A stretch of DNA of 63,310 nt, filler included, from Lenisia limosa (Eukaryota; Protista; Breviatea), in NCBI GenBank assembly GCA_001655205.1. It is 16 parts of 16 records of this genome, joined end to end, with 100 filler letters (N's around TTAATTAATTAA, not from the genome) between each part and the next. Parts side by side here need not be neighbours in the genome. Positions count along the whole stretch, not along the records: positions 1 to 6,213 come from LPNZ01003789.1; positions 6,314 to 12,806 come from LPNZ01003597.1; positions 12,907 to 16,027 come from LPNZ01003476.1; 13 more parts are not named here. One strand, written 5' to 3'. The notes under the pieces are model-generated. The model saw only the letters and a list, made by a program, of their open reading frames with translations. It made no database searches and was not told the origin of the DNA. The stretch's first letter is position 1. Every line of letters begins with the position of its first letter. Both the position numbers and the translations under genes were made by a program. This document shows positions 1 through 13,294 of this stretch, in pieces.

Positions 1-1709
1 ATTGGACTGATTCTTATCTACAGACCACAAAAGATCTAACCAATCCAAAGGATTAATTTTGAGAGTGAGGGGATGAGACCATGTTGCAAAAAGTTATTAC
101 AATTGCCTATTGAAAAGTATACCAGAGTACTACGACACACAACAAAAAAGAAGGGCCCCCAACCAGCGGTGAGAGTTCTATCATTCAGGCTGCTCAGCGC
201 TCTCCGCTTGAGGTCTTCAAGCGTTTCCGTGTTCATCTTCAAAGCAATGTGCACATATGGTCATTAAAATCGTTATTAAATGAAAGAGAACGAAAGTAAC
301 ATTTCAACTCCATTAATTGGTTGTCACGGAGTTTGACATGTCATCCAGTTTGCTTTATTGCCGTTTCCTCCCAGCCTCCCCAGCTTCACTGCCTGTTTAT
401 TAATTTAGATTCAAGCAGAATCAAGTACAATTTAGTAATATAAGCAGTACACCCGGAATAAACACAGTGCTGTCTGTGTTCTCAACGTAGTTGCAAATGT
501 TAGCCTTTTAAAGCCGATTAAATGCAATGAAAACAAGATTAATACCTATTTACGCGGCATTTGTGCTCTTTTCGTTCTTGCGGTGTTTGACGTTCGGTTG
601 GTTTGGAGGGGTCTGTTCTTCTCCTGTCGCTAGTATATACTGTATTAATTTAAAACAATCAAAAAGACATTTTGTCTCGTTGACCGAGGGCTATCCGTCT
701 TTCGTAACCATCAGCATCGTACGCATCGGAGCCCCACGACCCCCAAATCGACCAGTCAGGATGGCGCTTCGAGGTTAAAGGAGGAAGGTTGGCTTTGGTT
801 CACTTCCCGGCTGCTTACCCCTTCGGTCACGAACAACATTTCTGGTCTGTTGTGTTTTTTCCTCTTGTGTCTTCTTAATGTCTTATCCATTGATTCATGG
901 AAATTTATGCAATAAAAACATGTTAAAGCGAAAATAATGGTAATTTTAATTGGCTTGTTTCATTTTTTTTAAAAAAATATTCTAGTTTTTATTATACTTG
1001 GGAGTGTTTCCAACACTTTATCTTAATTTGGAAAAAAGGTATTCATAATAACTAGTTCTACTTTTGGGTACACGAATTTTACGTACATTTACGTAAAATC
1101 AGTGTACCCGAACGGTCCTTTAGCTGACATCATCTTTTATTCATCATTTTACAAGCTATTTTGCTTCAAAGGCGCTCGTATTCAGATAGGGGCGAATTGG
1201 TTTAACATTAAAGGGCGTATTTTGCATTATAATGCGAGTCTTATTGCCTTTCAAACCATAATGCTAATATATCATTTCTATTACCCATATCTTGTGATAT
1301 GATCATATGACCGACTTTTGAGTCGAAATGATGAAAAAAGATGACCCGCGGGTTCACCACGAACGTATCGGTGTATCATTGAAACTTATCGGTCAATTTA
1401 TTATGGTTACGTAAATCCATTTCCACTATCATTGAGACGTGTCGGTTCATTTTTCATGTATGAAGCTCTCTATCACTGCATGGAAATGATCAAAAAAGTG
1501 ATTTGATGTTGAAATGCGAAAAGAAAATGGAGTTGTTTTGAGTGATTAATCTAATCATTTAATTCGCAACTCTCAATCAACACCTATTATTCATCATAGC
1601 ACAAGTATATTTAGTACTTTCCTTTGATACAGTATATTTTTTATGCGATGATGTGGACGGTTTTGTTTAGATACAACTTTGTTTTATTTCTCATACACTG
1701 ACCTCTCAG

Positions 1710-2090
1710 CACACTCTTCGAAGGAGGCATTGGAGATGCAGCGTATGCCCACGGTAGTTTCGTGGAGTGGACGTATACGACTGGCAACTTAGGCACTTTC
1801 CCTGGTTTGTTTTGCAAGATTTTGCATTTTTTTGGAACAAAAATACTTTTTCATACAACCTAGAGGTGTGATAGTATTACCATAAACGACCACACGCACC
1901 CCAAAATAATATTTACATTTGATTATTTTTCCCTTTCCTTAATCCTACCACCAGAGTTGATTCAGGGTTTTTATTTTGTTTCATACATTTTCCACTTTTC
2001 AACCCCGTAACTTCTCCTAAGACGCCGGAATCAGTTCAACAAGTATTGCTCCGGATGTGACAAGCGGACAATTTACCGCAATTCAGAGTG
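1710..2090 (+). CDS. Two exons of an unknown, possibly secreted protein (TLFEGGIGDAAYAHGSFVEWTYTTGNLGTFP / DAGISSTSIAPDVTSGQFTAIQS)
   Basis: GC-richer AG..GT-bounded blocks 1710-1804 and 2022-2090 with compatible phase and open frame. Confidence 0.4.
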
Positions 2091-2108
2091 GTGAGGGGGG
2101 TTTACGGG

Positions 2109-2205
2109 TAGGGCTTCCCAACGGTCCGAAAAAGACAGTCAAAATATCTATATTTATCGAGGATTTATCGGGATATTGGGTCTTTTTTATGCGTAGGGAA
2201 GCCCA
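2109..2205. mobile_element. hAT-type MITE family A, subfamily 2
   Basis: TAGGGCTTCCC..GGGAAGCCCA; degenerate TSD tttacggg/gttatggg. Confidence 0.75.
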
Positions 2206-2670
2206 GTTATGGGTGTGTCTGTCTGAATATATCGATATAAAATCTCGTGTGTATCAATATACATATATCGATCTATATATATGTGTGTGTTATGGTTACG
2301 GGGGGNNNNNNNNNNNNNNNNNNNNNNNNNNNNNNNNNNNNNNNNNNNNNNNNNNNNNNNNNNNNNNNNNNNNNNNNNNNNNNNNNNNNNNNNNNNNNNN
2401 AAATCGTTGTAAGGCATGGATGAATTAATATTATAATCCAATATCGCTTATAAGCGAGATGATGTGGACGGCTTTGGCCAGACACCACCTTATATTCTAT
2501 TTTTTTATTGCTATATATACTATAGTATGTATAAATAGTGTCCAGGATAAGGCTTGACTATTTTGCTTTGGAAATCATGTTGCAAATCGGTCAAGACTTA
2601 TCCCGTGTATATCACATGACAAATCGGTCAAGACTTATCTCGATCAGTTTATGTGTGTGTGTGTGTTATG

Positions 2671-2770
2671 TAGGGCTTCAGTTTGGTTCGAAAAATACAG
2701 GAAAAATATTGATAGTTTTCGAGGATTTATCGAGAAATTCAGTCTTTTTATGAACCAAAGTGAAGCCCTA
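2671..2770. mobile_element. hAT-type MITE family A
   Basis: TAGGGCTTCA..TGAAGCCCTA terminal inverted repeats, 100 bp. Confidence 0.85.
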
Positions 2771-3431
2771 GTAGTGGGTTTGATTCACTCTGGATCAAAG
2801 CGGTGAGGGACTTGATTGGGTCCATCATCAAAGTTTCTTTTTGAACTGTTTAGTTTTACACAAGTCAATTTTAACTTCTAATTTTGTTTGATGATTTTAC
2901 TGCTCTTTAGCATTATGTCAGTCCAAGCTGTCAAATTCCTTGCAAGTTGCGTATAGAGGAACCTCGGGCACAATTAAAATCTGTGGGTGAAGGGGGAGTA
3001 CAAAATATGTATCATGCCCTGACTTGCCAATTGTTTTTTACATATACATGAGATTAATGATTCCTGTGCACATGATATAGTAAAATATCATTTGTATGTT
3101 TATGATAATATGATATAGTATATCATATCACTTTTTGGATCATTTTTACACGTGTGAACTCTCATTTTTCACGCAGTGATATGATACCTCATATCCACTC
3201 GTATGATAATTGATCTACAAGTCTCAATGGTACTCTCATAAACCCTCGTGTTATCTTCATTCACCATCACTAGTGGATATGGGTAAACATTTGTATTTCT
3301 ATGATATGATATTCTGTAGTCACTCATTGTTTAGACTCTCAAGACTCCCAGTCCTTAATTTATTCGCACTATTTTGGAACCTCGTACAGCAGCTACACAG
3401 ATGATGGAGTGGCGGTAGGTTTGAGTATAAC

Positions 3432-3523
3432 TAGGGCTTCACTTCGGTTCGAAAAAGGCATCGATAAATCTTCGAAAACTATCGATATTTTACCAGTCTT
3501 TTTTGAACCGAAGTGAAGCCTTA
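3432..3523. mobile_element. hAT-type MITE family A
   Basis: TIRs plus perfect 8-bp TSD agtataac. Confidence 0.9.
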
Positions 3524-4244
3524 AGTATAACGAACCGTCGAATTGACTTGGGATGCTTATTAAAAAGTTCTGGTTACCGTTTTATTTCATTTCCATGTTA
3601 TTATTTATGGAATTCTGGCGAAATATAATGGGATTCCTATACATTACACGTCTTCGGCCAGATACATCCTTATTTTTATTTCTCATTGTTTTAATATATA
3701 CATTACATGGAAAAAAATAAGGCTTAACAGCCATGCCAGATTCCTATCGGTCACTTTGGGATATTCTTCTAGATTCCAGTTTTTTATTGCATTATTTAAT
3801 TTTTGTTTACGATGTACATTGACCGTAATTTGTCTGACCGGTTTTCCTTGGGGATTGAAATCAAATCGGTCAAGACTTATCCTGGTCACTTTATAAGGCT
3901 GTTTATAACATACAGAAGCGTATAGCTACCCTATTTTTAACAATAATCCAGTATCTCTTACAAGCGTAATGGAGTGGACGGTTTCGGCCAGATATATCCT
4001 TGTTTTATTTCTCACCTATTAGCGATAAGCCTTGAAACTCTTTTCTAAAGTTCAATATCCGTGTCAGAACTTCTCACAGCAGTGTATATATATGTCATGT
4101 TCCCTATGTTGTACGGCAATTCATTGTGTGAATTAATTATACTACCAATATCGCTTAGAAGCGTGATGGTATGGACGGCTTCTGCCAGCTACAACCTTTT
4201 TCATTTATCATTTCTCAAGTATGATGGTGACTCACTCTTTCTAG

Positions 4245-4331
4245 GATGTGCCATTTACGTCCAACTCCTGGTATTATTTCGAGGTAACTACGCAGTGTCA
4301 AGGGGAGGCAAATTGTCGCCAGGGAATAAAG
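4245..4331 (+). CDS. Exon resembling a SPRY domain (DVPFTSNSWYYFEVTTQCQGEANCRQGIK)
   Basis: 87-nt phase-0 exon ctag|...|gttaga; the WYYFEV motif is typical of SPRY/B30.2. A possible upstream exon lies at 2911-2982. Confidence 0.4.
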
Positions 4332-4523
4332 GTTAGAGAAGGGCTTAATTACTCTGAACATTTCAGGGTGGGCAGTTTTAGAAAAATTATCCTTTGTTTT
4401 TTTTTTTCATCTTTCTAAAGCAATGCCAAGTTTGGTTAGCTGAAGGAAATAAAGATAGTCAAGGGTAGGAAAGGAGTGGGAGCTATATCTTCAAAAGGAC
4501 GCTAAAACTCTGTGACTTTGGAC

Positions 4524-4602
4524 TAGGGCTTCACAGAATTTCTCGATAAATCGAAAACTATCGACATTCTACAGGTATTTTCGGAACCGACGTGAAGCCC
4601 TA
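4524..4602. mobile_element. hAT-type MITE family A (internally deleted)
   Basis: Perfect 8-bp TSD ctttggac. Confidence 0.9.
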
Positions 4603-5099
4603 CTTTGGACTTTTAAACTTGAACATTTTTCAACTTACAAGACAACTTAACGTGTTATTGAAAATGGGGAAGGTTTTACACTACGTCGCATTGACTTGGG
4701 ATTCTCGTTAGAATAATTGGATTTTCATTATTTTGCATGGTAATCCCATTTCATTATTTGTGAATCTGAACTCCCAAATATGCATTGGAACACAAACGTA
4801 TCCGATAAACCCCACGTCAATGCGCTGAAATGTTGTGAAAATAGCATTTTTGTTCATATAATATGCATACTTACTAAATCGTCACAGATTATTTTTTACT
4901 ACCTCTATTCCTACCACCACCAGGTTATTATTGACCGGATATTTACACATTCATAAAGACTCTTGCGTTATCATTTAGGTCAAAAACAAGGCTATAGGTG
5001 ATAACATGTTGAATTGCAAGCAACCTGGTGGGCGGATATAAATGATTAAATGCTCGTGATGCGGTTTTCAATAATGGTGGTGTTTGTGATGGTTGTGAT

Positions 5100-5195
5100 T
5101 AGGGCTTCACTTCGGTTCTAAAAAGATTGGGAAACTATATAGTTTTCGAATATTTATCGAGAAATTTAGTCTTTTTGGAACCGAATGAAGTCCTA
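5100..5195. mobile_element. hAT-type MITE family A
   Basis: Perfect 8-bp TSD gttgtgat. Confidence 0.9.
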
Positions 5196-5645
5196 GTTGT
5201 GATTCACTAAGATGGTTGCTGGTGTTGCTTTGGTGATGGCAATGAAGGAGAGAATGCTGAATACTATGGTGGTGGTTACGGTGGTGATAAATGATAATGG
5301 TAGTGATGGTGGTGATTCAATAAGATGGTGGCTGGTGATGCGGTTTTTCATAATCTGGTGGGTGTGACAGTTGTGATGGTGGTGCTGGAGGAATTTGATA
5401 TTGATGGTTGTGGTGATGGTGATGAAGGTGTTGGTGGTGATTGAAATGAGTCAAAAATGGAGTATGGTGAATATTTGGCTTTTTTACACAAGTTTTCAAA
5501 TTTTACTCCTTTTTTTTGGTAGCATTCGATGGCTCTATTGATCTCAAACTTCTGTCTCCACTGCCAGCTTCCACCCACTTCCTCGGTTCCATGCCGGACA
5601 TAATGTGGGGGGGGGGTAATAATGTATACACTTTCTAGTTGACAG

Positions 5646-5731
5646 TAGGGCTTCACTTCGGTTCGCATTTTTCGAATCATCGATACATTTCGATAGCTTA
5701 CTGGGCTTTTCCTTACCTGAGTGAAGCACTA
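5646..5731. mobile_element. hAT-type MITE family A (diverged)
   Basis: TIRs; TSD gttgacag/gttggcac. Confidence 0.75.
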
Positions 5732-6213
5732 GTTGGCACCTTGATTTAATATTTTCAGAGTCTCACTCAAAAACACGGCTGGCTACTGGGTGCGGAACTC
5801 GCGGATAGCGGTCAAATTCCTCGATTCTGACGTTTCACCGTCAAATNNNNNNNNNNNNNNNNNNNNNNNNNNNNNNNNNNNNNNNNNNNNNNNNNNNNNN
5901 NNNNNNNNNNNNNNNNNNNNNNNNNNNNNNNNNNNNNNNNNNNNNNNNNNNNNNNNNNNNNNNNNNNNNNNNNNNTATAGGTATATTTTTTTGCTAGGAT
6001 AGGATATTTTCTTGTTATTTTGTAATAATTTATACACTATAGGGTATGTTCCTCGTACCACTTAAAATTACACCCCCACCCCCCTCCCAAGATTGTTATC
6101 CTATATTACTTTTTTTTCATGTGTTGAGGGAATTTGGAGGTTTTGGTGGATAGTGATGTGGTGCTGCAGGAGCGACAGGCCTGGGCTTTGTTTGTTTTGT
6201 TATCAACCCTTGT

Positions 6214-6313
6214 NNNNNNNNNNNNNNNNNNNNNNNNNNNNNNNNNNNNNNNNNNNNTTAATTAATTAANNNNNNNNNNNNNNNNNNNNNNNNNNNNNNN
6301 NNNNNNNNNNNNN
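6214..6313. other. Artificial scaffold-joining linker N44-TTAATTAATTAA-N44 (first of 15; others at 12807, 16028, 18954, 26683, 29140, 30903, 33977, 37465, 42556, 44140, 47631, 49328, 57809, 60197)
   Basis: Identical 100-nt layout each time; TTAATTAATTAA gives stops in all six frames. Confidence 0.97.
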
Positions 6314-6946
6314 CACACAATATATATATATATAACGCCGAAGCCGTCCACCCCATCACGCTGATAACATATATTGGATTACAGTGTAATATTAATTACC
6401 CAATCATTTGCCTTTCCACTCTATGCACACAGCTTTCTGCGTGCCTCCCCAGCATGTATAATTAAACAAGGCTGTATCTGGCCGAATATACTTGATATGC
6501 ACACGACCCCCCCCCCTCACGTTCATTCAGCACTGGTGAAGAGGCAGGCTTGGGAGAGGGGCTGTTCTAAAACCATGAAANNNNNNNNNNNNNNNNNNNN
6601 NNNNNNNNNNNNNNNNNNNNNNNNNNNNNNNNNNNNNNNNNNNNNNNNNNNNNNNNNNNNNNNNTTAAAAGACTATTCGCTTCCCTAAAAAGTTGCAGAA
6701 GAGCATAATGTATGAAAGGTGCAAGGATCACGAAAAATGTTTATGAGAAATAATGTATGAAAGAGAAGCGCACAGGTATTCTCTTTCACGAGAATACGTT
6801 GATAATATATTTTTATAGGAGCATAATGATTAGGGCTAAGTGCTATTTATTTTTAAATTTGAAGTCGGACAAATTAGAACAAAAACCCTATTCCAGACAC
6901 TTTAATGTCTAATTGTGTCAATTGATTAATTAGCTCCATTCCGGTT

Positions 6947-6962
6947 AGAATAAGAATAAGAA

Positions 6963-6993
<31 letters not shown>

Positions 6994-7023
6994 AAGAAGA
7001 AGAAGAAGAAGAAGAAGAAGAAG
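6947..7023 (+). repeat. (AAT-AAG)n then (GAA)n microsatellite; others: (AAACAAT)n 7621-7696, (TTTTG)n 27178-27217, (AAT)n 29329-29420
   Basis: Direct inspection. Confidence 0.95.
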
Positions 7024-7040
7024 ACTCCAATCCCCTGTAC

Positions 7041-8183
7041 CTGCGGAGATTCAACCTGTGACGGAGTGGTGGTGGATTCGTTGGAAGTGGTGGAGACGGG
7101 GGTTTCAACTGAGGCAGTCTGGAGGGTAAAAGTTCAAAAAGTAGCGCCATAATTAGTTTACAGTTACACACTCCACAGAATAGCAAGACTAATTTGATGC
7201 TCGCAACCACCTTAAAGCAGGTATGTCACTATGAAACCTGGCTCGAAGTTTTGTCAACTTCCACGCAATTGTCACCATTAGTCCTCGCCCTCCCACCTTG
7301 GTTAGTTTGTTGGCAGAAAGAGCTTTCTTCTTCTCCGCGATGGTTTGGATGCAGATTTTGCTTTCAGGCACCAGGTACTGGAGGGCCACGAGGGGGAGGT
7401 CTGGGTCTATGCAGTGAAAATGGACGGTTTTACATGTGTTAAAGGACAGTTTTACGACAAATTTGAGAATTTTACATGCAAAAAAAGTACAGTTGTTCGA
7501 AGAATTAGAGAATTATGCAAAAACATGAGATGAAAATGGACATTGTTTTTTGAAAAAAATGGGAGGAGAAAAGGTATGAAACAAAAAGAGGAAGGGGTGA
7601 AAGGGAGAATTTATGAAGTCAATAAAACAATAAAACAAAAACAATAAAACAATAAAACAATAAAACAATAAAACAAAAACAATAAAACAATAAAACAGGA
7701 TGGAGGCGGGGGTCTAGAGGTAGATTGCCTCAGGGCTTCACTTCGGCTCAAAAAAAGACCGGTAAAATATCGATAGTTTTCGATGATTTATCGATAAATT
7801 CAGTCTTTTATAGAACCGAAGAGAACCCCTAATTGTATCCCCAGGTTTTATTTTATGTGTTGTCTGAAAAAGAAAAACACAAACCCCTGACCCCCCTCTC
7901 CAACCACGGGGGGAGGAAAACTTCAACGTCACCACGTTCTTATTAGTTTTCTTGTAAGCCAGCTTGGTCAAGCACTGCAGTGGGTGTCTACATTACTCAG
8001 TGATTTGCCTACAAAAGTGCAGGACTGTTCAATAGGTACAGATGCCCTTCCCAAGAATGTAACGTCCTCCTCATTTCCCTGTTAAACTCGTAGGCCACTC
8101 ACCTTCCCATTACAAGAGCTTTGCCGATTTTTGATGAGTGGGGTTCCAAGTCTGTCAGCCACATTTCCTCAACTACCAAGAAT
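7041..8183 (-). CDS. Partial multi-exon gene with a TBC1D23 C-terminal-like PH-fold domain
   Basis: Exons 8103-8183, 7908-7987, 7297-7406 and 7041-7118 splice in phase to FLVVEEMWLTDLEPHSSKIGKALVMGRHPLQCLTKLAYKKTNKNVVTLKFSSPHPDLPLVALQYLVPESKICIQTIAEKK. This parallels the TBC1D23 C-terminus as recalled (VVKITSKKKHPELITFKY...RYLIPNA). Confidence 0.5.
7731..7831. mobile_element. hAT-type MITE family A
   Basis: Full-length match to the family consensus, inside an intron. Confidence 0.8.
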
Positions 8184-8580
8184 CTGGAGGGAGGGGAGCG
8201 GAGTGAGTCAAATTTTATGAAACAAAAAAAGCCCAAAATCAACTCTTTTGGCTGACAGCACATAAGGGTTGATAACAACAAAACAAATAAAGCTAAGGCC
8301 AGTCGATTCTGCAGCACCGCATCCCATCACTCGTAAAATTTGAAATTATATGAAACAAAAAAAGCCTGTTAGGGGAGGAGTAAAGATTGAAAACTAATAA
8401 AACAAAGAAAGCCTAGGGGGTGGGGAGGATTGAGGAAAAAGACACAAGAAGAATCAAGAAAAAGAAACAAAACGAGGAAAAAGAAAGTTGCGAACCGATC
8501 CTTCATTGTTTCGGTTTCAATGTCAATCTTACGACAGGCAAAAACTTGAGCCTATAGAAGTGAGTGGGGAATATGACTGC

Positions 8581-8677
8581 GATTCACTTCAGCTCAAAAA
8601 AGGCTGAATTTCTGAAAAAAAAACCTTGAAAACTATCGATATTTTACTGGTCTTTTTGGAACCGAAGTGAAGCTCTA
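8581..8677. mobile_element. hAT-type MITE family A (left end eroded)
   Basis: Core aaaactatcgatatttt and right TIR. Confidence 0.75.
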
Positions 8678-9483
8678 ATGAGAGCATAGTATTCAGGCGT
8701 GGACAACCCATCCCCTCTATTTATAATATACACTGAGATTAGTGTGTAATTCACAGCTATGTATACATGAATGTATTATCATCATATGATATGATAAATC
8801 AATATATACTATGTACTATAGTATAGTATAATGTAAATTCATATAATATAATATACATTAATGTATACATAGCTAATAGATAAACACTATGTACATATAG
8901 TATACAATATGATACACTCTCACTCTCGCTTAATACACCTTGTGTAGATTGTACAGCCCCCCCCCCAAAAAAAAACACACCTATATTCAATCAACTTGTA
9001 GATTCATATGTATTGAATTCTATGTAATATTCCCCTCACATCTCCCGATTCAGTGAGGCTGTCCATATCAACCAAGTCTCTCCCGTCCTCGGTTGAGTCC
9101 TAAAGAAGTGACAAAAGTACAAAATAAAAAATGGGGGAGGGGGTGAAAGCCCCATGTAAAATAAAAAAAATATAAACATAAAGGGGAGGAGTTTAAAGAA
9201 TATTGACAATTAGTAAGAATTCCAGAAACTCGGCTCGGATTCCCAGCTGGTCTGTGAATTTCAACTTTCAAAATAAATTCATCAAAATCATCATAAATCA
9301 GTTCGTAAAAGAACAAGTAATAAGAGGTCTTAAATGTGACTATGTAAGTGCATTGACCAAAACATGTAAAAAATTTGGTATAAAAATAATATGCTAAGTA
9401 TTGACCTATTTTCCTTGGGAAATCATAGAGCAAATCGGTCAAGACTTACCCTGGTCACTGTATAATATGACGATAGATACAAT

Positions 9484-9583
9484 TAGCGCTTCACTTCGGT
9501 TCAAAAAAAGACTGAATTTTCCAATAAATCCTCGAAAACTACCAATATTATCCCGAGTTTTTTCGAACCGAAGTGAAGCCCTA
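9484..9583. mobile_element. hAT-type MITE family A
   Basis: TSD gatacaat/gatacagt. Confidence 0.88.
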
Positions 9584-9924
9584 GATACAGTAGAATAAAT
9601 ACCTTCCCACTTCCTTCCTCCAAGCGTGTACCTTGGTAGCCATGGCTTCCCCCCATCTTGACAGCATGCCTACATCGTAACTCAGATTTCACCCTGTTAG
9701 TAAAGGGAATAGGTAAAGACCGTGCATTCCTGCCGACATCGCAAATCACGATATCTCATTTATAATTGTATATTTTTTCCATTGCTGTTGTGCTGGTGAT
9801 CCGTCCCGTTAATGATAGTAACAGATTCCACTGTAGTAGTAATAGGGAACAGGGAGCATTCCTGTAGAAAAAGAGAGGATAAACAGGATAATAACCAGAA
9901 TGATGTACCTCTTCCCCTCAAGCA

Positions 9925-9998
9925 TAGGGCTCCACTTCGGTAGTTTTCGAGGATTTGTCGGAGAATTTCTGTCTTTTCTCTCACCGAAGTGAAGCCCC
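9925..9998. mobile_element. hAT-type MITE family A (internally deleted)
   Basis: Both TIRs recognisable. Confidence 0.7.
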
Positions 9999-12900
9999 CC
10001 CCCCCCCCCNNNNNNNNNNNNNNNNNNNNNNNNNNNNNNNNNNNNNNNNNNNNNNNNNNNNNNNNNNNNNNNNNNNNNNNNNNNNNNNNNNNNNNNNNNN
10101 NNNNNNNNNNNNNNNNNNNNNNNNNNNNNNNNNNNNNNNNNNNNNNNNNNNNNNNNNNNNNNNNNNNNNNNTTTCGAACCGAAGTGAAGCCCTAATGTTT
10201 ATACAACTGCACCGCCGCTATAAAACTCAACATTATAACAGTACAAAAAGCATCCCCCGACCTCATCTTTAACCGGAGTGTGGTCCACGGCCTTCGGGAA
10301 AGCTTTGGCTTTGATTTTAAGATCGCTTTGCTCCGGCTCGTCTTCAGGGAGGATGGGCGGAGAGGAGATATCATCTGGCTCTTCTGGGGGGTATTACATG
10401 ATATCATATGCATGCATGATTATATATGATATTACATATCATTTACATAAATTAATATTATACCTAATAATATACCACTATCTTCCCTCTCACTGTCTTT
10501 GGTGGCAACGGCTTTTGGTTTTCGCCACTTTGCCCCCCATGCGTATAACTAGAAATGTCAATTTAATGAAAGTTTATTTTCACATTTATATGAAGTTTGA
10601 AAACACAAGCTTTACAGTTCAAGAGATAATAAATACCCTGGTGACTAAAAAGATGAAAAATATTAAAAATCTTGATTTTTCGATAGTGATTATGTAATGA
10701 CTGTTGAAAAATACGTAATAACCCATGAATTCATAATCGCTATTTGTGTATACACAGAGTTGAAAGGTAAATGACTGGGGGAATTCATATTATACATCTC
10801 TGAAAGCGTAGTGTTGTGGAAACTATTGAATTTTAGAAAAATAATTGATTAATACCCGAAAAATCCCAGTTTATTGCCACTATTCATCTAATTATTTGCA
10901 TCTTAGATAATCTATCTGTATGATGTACTTATATCGTATCATATAGATTGTGTCAACACTCCTCCGACCTTGTCCTTGGCAGCCTGGCTCGAGGCTCGGA
11001 TAGCCGCCATAGTGGTACCGGTCGCCTGACATTCCCGGCAACTGAGGGGGATGTGTGTGTTATTTGGAAAATTTACAAAAAAAAAAGACAAAAATGGGGA
11101 GGCGGGGTGGATTACATGATGGTGATGATGTTGATTGATGATTAAGAAGAAGAAGAAGATGATGATGGTGATGTTACGACTAGGATTAAGAAGATGATTA
11201 AGATGAAGATGACGGTGATGATGATGATGATTTATCGTCCTCTTACTATCACTCCCACCCCCCACAATCCCTAATTTCTTACCCCCTCCCTTATTTACCC
11301 TGACTTACGAGGCGTTTTGATGATCGTCAATGGGGAGTGCGTTTTCGTGACAGTAAGCGTGGAGAGCTAAAGGGTGAAAAAAGTGGTTTGATACTAGTTA
11401 AAACGGTATAATAGTTGAAAACGATAATATTAAATATTAATTATTAGTATTATATTAAATTAATCAATATGCATAGTATATAATTATAGCTACATGTATA
11501 TTAGAATACATTGATTTGTATAATATACACTGACCGCGATAAGTCTTGATTTTTTGTACCCATTATACACCTCAGAGATAATGCTCCTCTCCCCCCGTAT
11601 AAGTCCTCCCCCTTTATACCGCCCACCTTTATATCCCCCAGAGACACTGACAACTCCCGGTACGGCCAAATGGATCAATCGATCAAGTACCATCGCCAAG
11701 TCTGGAAAGTAAGGGTTATTTGAATACTTCATTCTTAATTCATAATACCCATAGCGTTATTTGCATATTACCTGGGGCTCCGTGCAATTAATTGACAAAA
11801 AAATTGTAAAATTGATGTGCCACATATTAATTTTAGATACTTTAATTTCTAATTTTGTCAATTAAATTCCTCAAAAAATTAGCATGGAGCCCAAGAGGAT
11901 ATTATATGTAGGTGGGGGAGATAAATGCGGAAATGTGACATTTTCAAATGGGAGTGTTTAGAAATGTGAATAAGGAAAAATCATCGATAAATACCGATAT
12001 TTTACTGGTCTTTTTCGAAACGAAGTAACACCCTATGTATAACAACACCCCCTCCCTCAACACACTCTACTATGTCATATCAGTAGGCGTTACCTACAGT
12101 CCGAAAAAGACCGGTAAATCACCGGGATTTATCAAGGATTTTTCAGCCTTTTTTAATGTGACACATTTTTACCCCCCCCCCCCGACCTGGCNNNNNNNNN
12201 NNNNNNNNNNNNNNNNNNNNNNNNNNNNNNNNNNNNNNNNNNNNNNNNNNNNNNGGCCTGAACTGATGATCACGAGTGATCCGATGGAGGCAAATTGCGT
12301 CAGAACTTCTTCGCCGTTCCTAGGGGGGGGGGGGTAAAACGACGGAAATTTCGATGAAGAATATTGTACATACCCCTCCTGCCCACGCCGGGCTGGCCTT
12401 CTATGCTGACATGGCCTTAAATACACAATATGATATTATATAATTATAGTGTCAATAGTTTATACTATTAATTAAGATAACGTAAATAATGTAATACTGG
12501 GCTTGCAATACTAGCCTTCTTTGCTGCCACCAAGCCACGCTGGGCTGATGACACTGGACTTCCATGCCGCCGCCAAGGCCAAATGCACATAAATATATTG
12601 ATATAATATGCATATCTATGTAATTATATATCATCTATATTATAAGAATATATGCATATGCATATGTATTGTTTAACACAATTAATTTAGATTATGTAAA
12701 TGATGTAATACCCACGCCCCACGCCGGGCTGGTGATACTGGCCTTCCACGCTGCCGCCATGGCCTCAAATGACTCGGGATCGTCAACTATCTGCGGGGGG
12801 GGGGGGNNNNNNNNNNNNNNNNNNNNNNNNNNNNNNNNNNNNNNNNNNNNTTAATTAATTAANNNNNNNNNNNNNNNNNNNNNNNNNNNNNNNNNNNNNN

Positions 12901-13294
12901 NNNNNNTCAGCTGTGCCCCCCCCCCCCACCGCGCGCACGTGCTTTTCGAAATATAGCGTATTTATTTGATCGAAAGAATCCCTTTTAAGAACGATAATCT
13001 CGATATACGGTGATCATTTAAAAATCAACTCAAGTGACCTTGGGGGATTGAGGAGTGATGGGATCATAGGTTTGTATAGGTTAGGGCGTTACTGGGAAAC
13101 TGAGTTGTAGTTTAATAGCACACAAAAGTGATGACCTGGCTTCTCTGAACTGGGAAATATGTTGATAATTTTAAGTACTGTGTGCCAGTAGTTTCTCTTA
13201 CAAAACTGAATTTCTCCTTATGGCCGAAAACTCTGGGTTTTTGGACCGGAACATATCAGTTTGAAATTCTGCTAAAGTAATATTATTAGGCTTT

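Noticed and set aside
3432-3523. MITE copies as a CRISPR-like array or as genes (ORF-track peptides such as ASLRFEKRLNFSINPRKL, NRSEAL)
   Set aside because: Copies are dispersed with TIRs and TSDs and no regular spacers; the peptides are incidental translations.
5200-5500. His-rich ORFs here and at 10939-11265
   Set aside because: They are translations of (GGT/GAT)n low-complexity sequence with no splice or domain support.
6258-6269. Recurrent TTAATTAATTAA palindrome as a biological motif
   Set aside because: It is always centred in exactly 44+44 Ns, so it is an assembly linker.
8009-8075. Extra exon (REMRRTLHSWEGHLYLLNSPAL) with a 25-nt intron in the TBC1D23-like gene
   Set aside because: Skipping it keeps phase and restores colinearity with the domain, so it is more likely intron.
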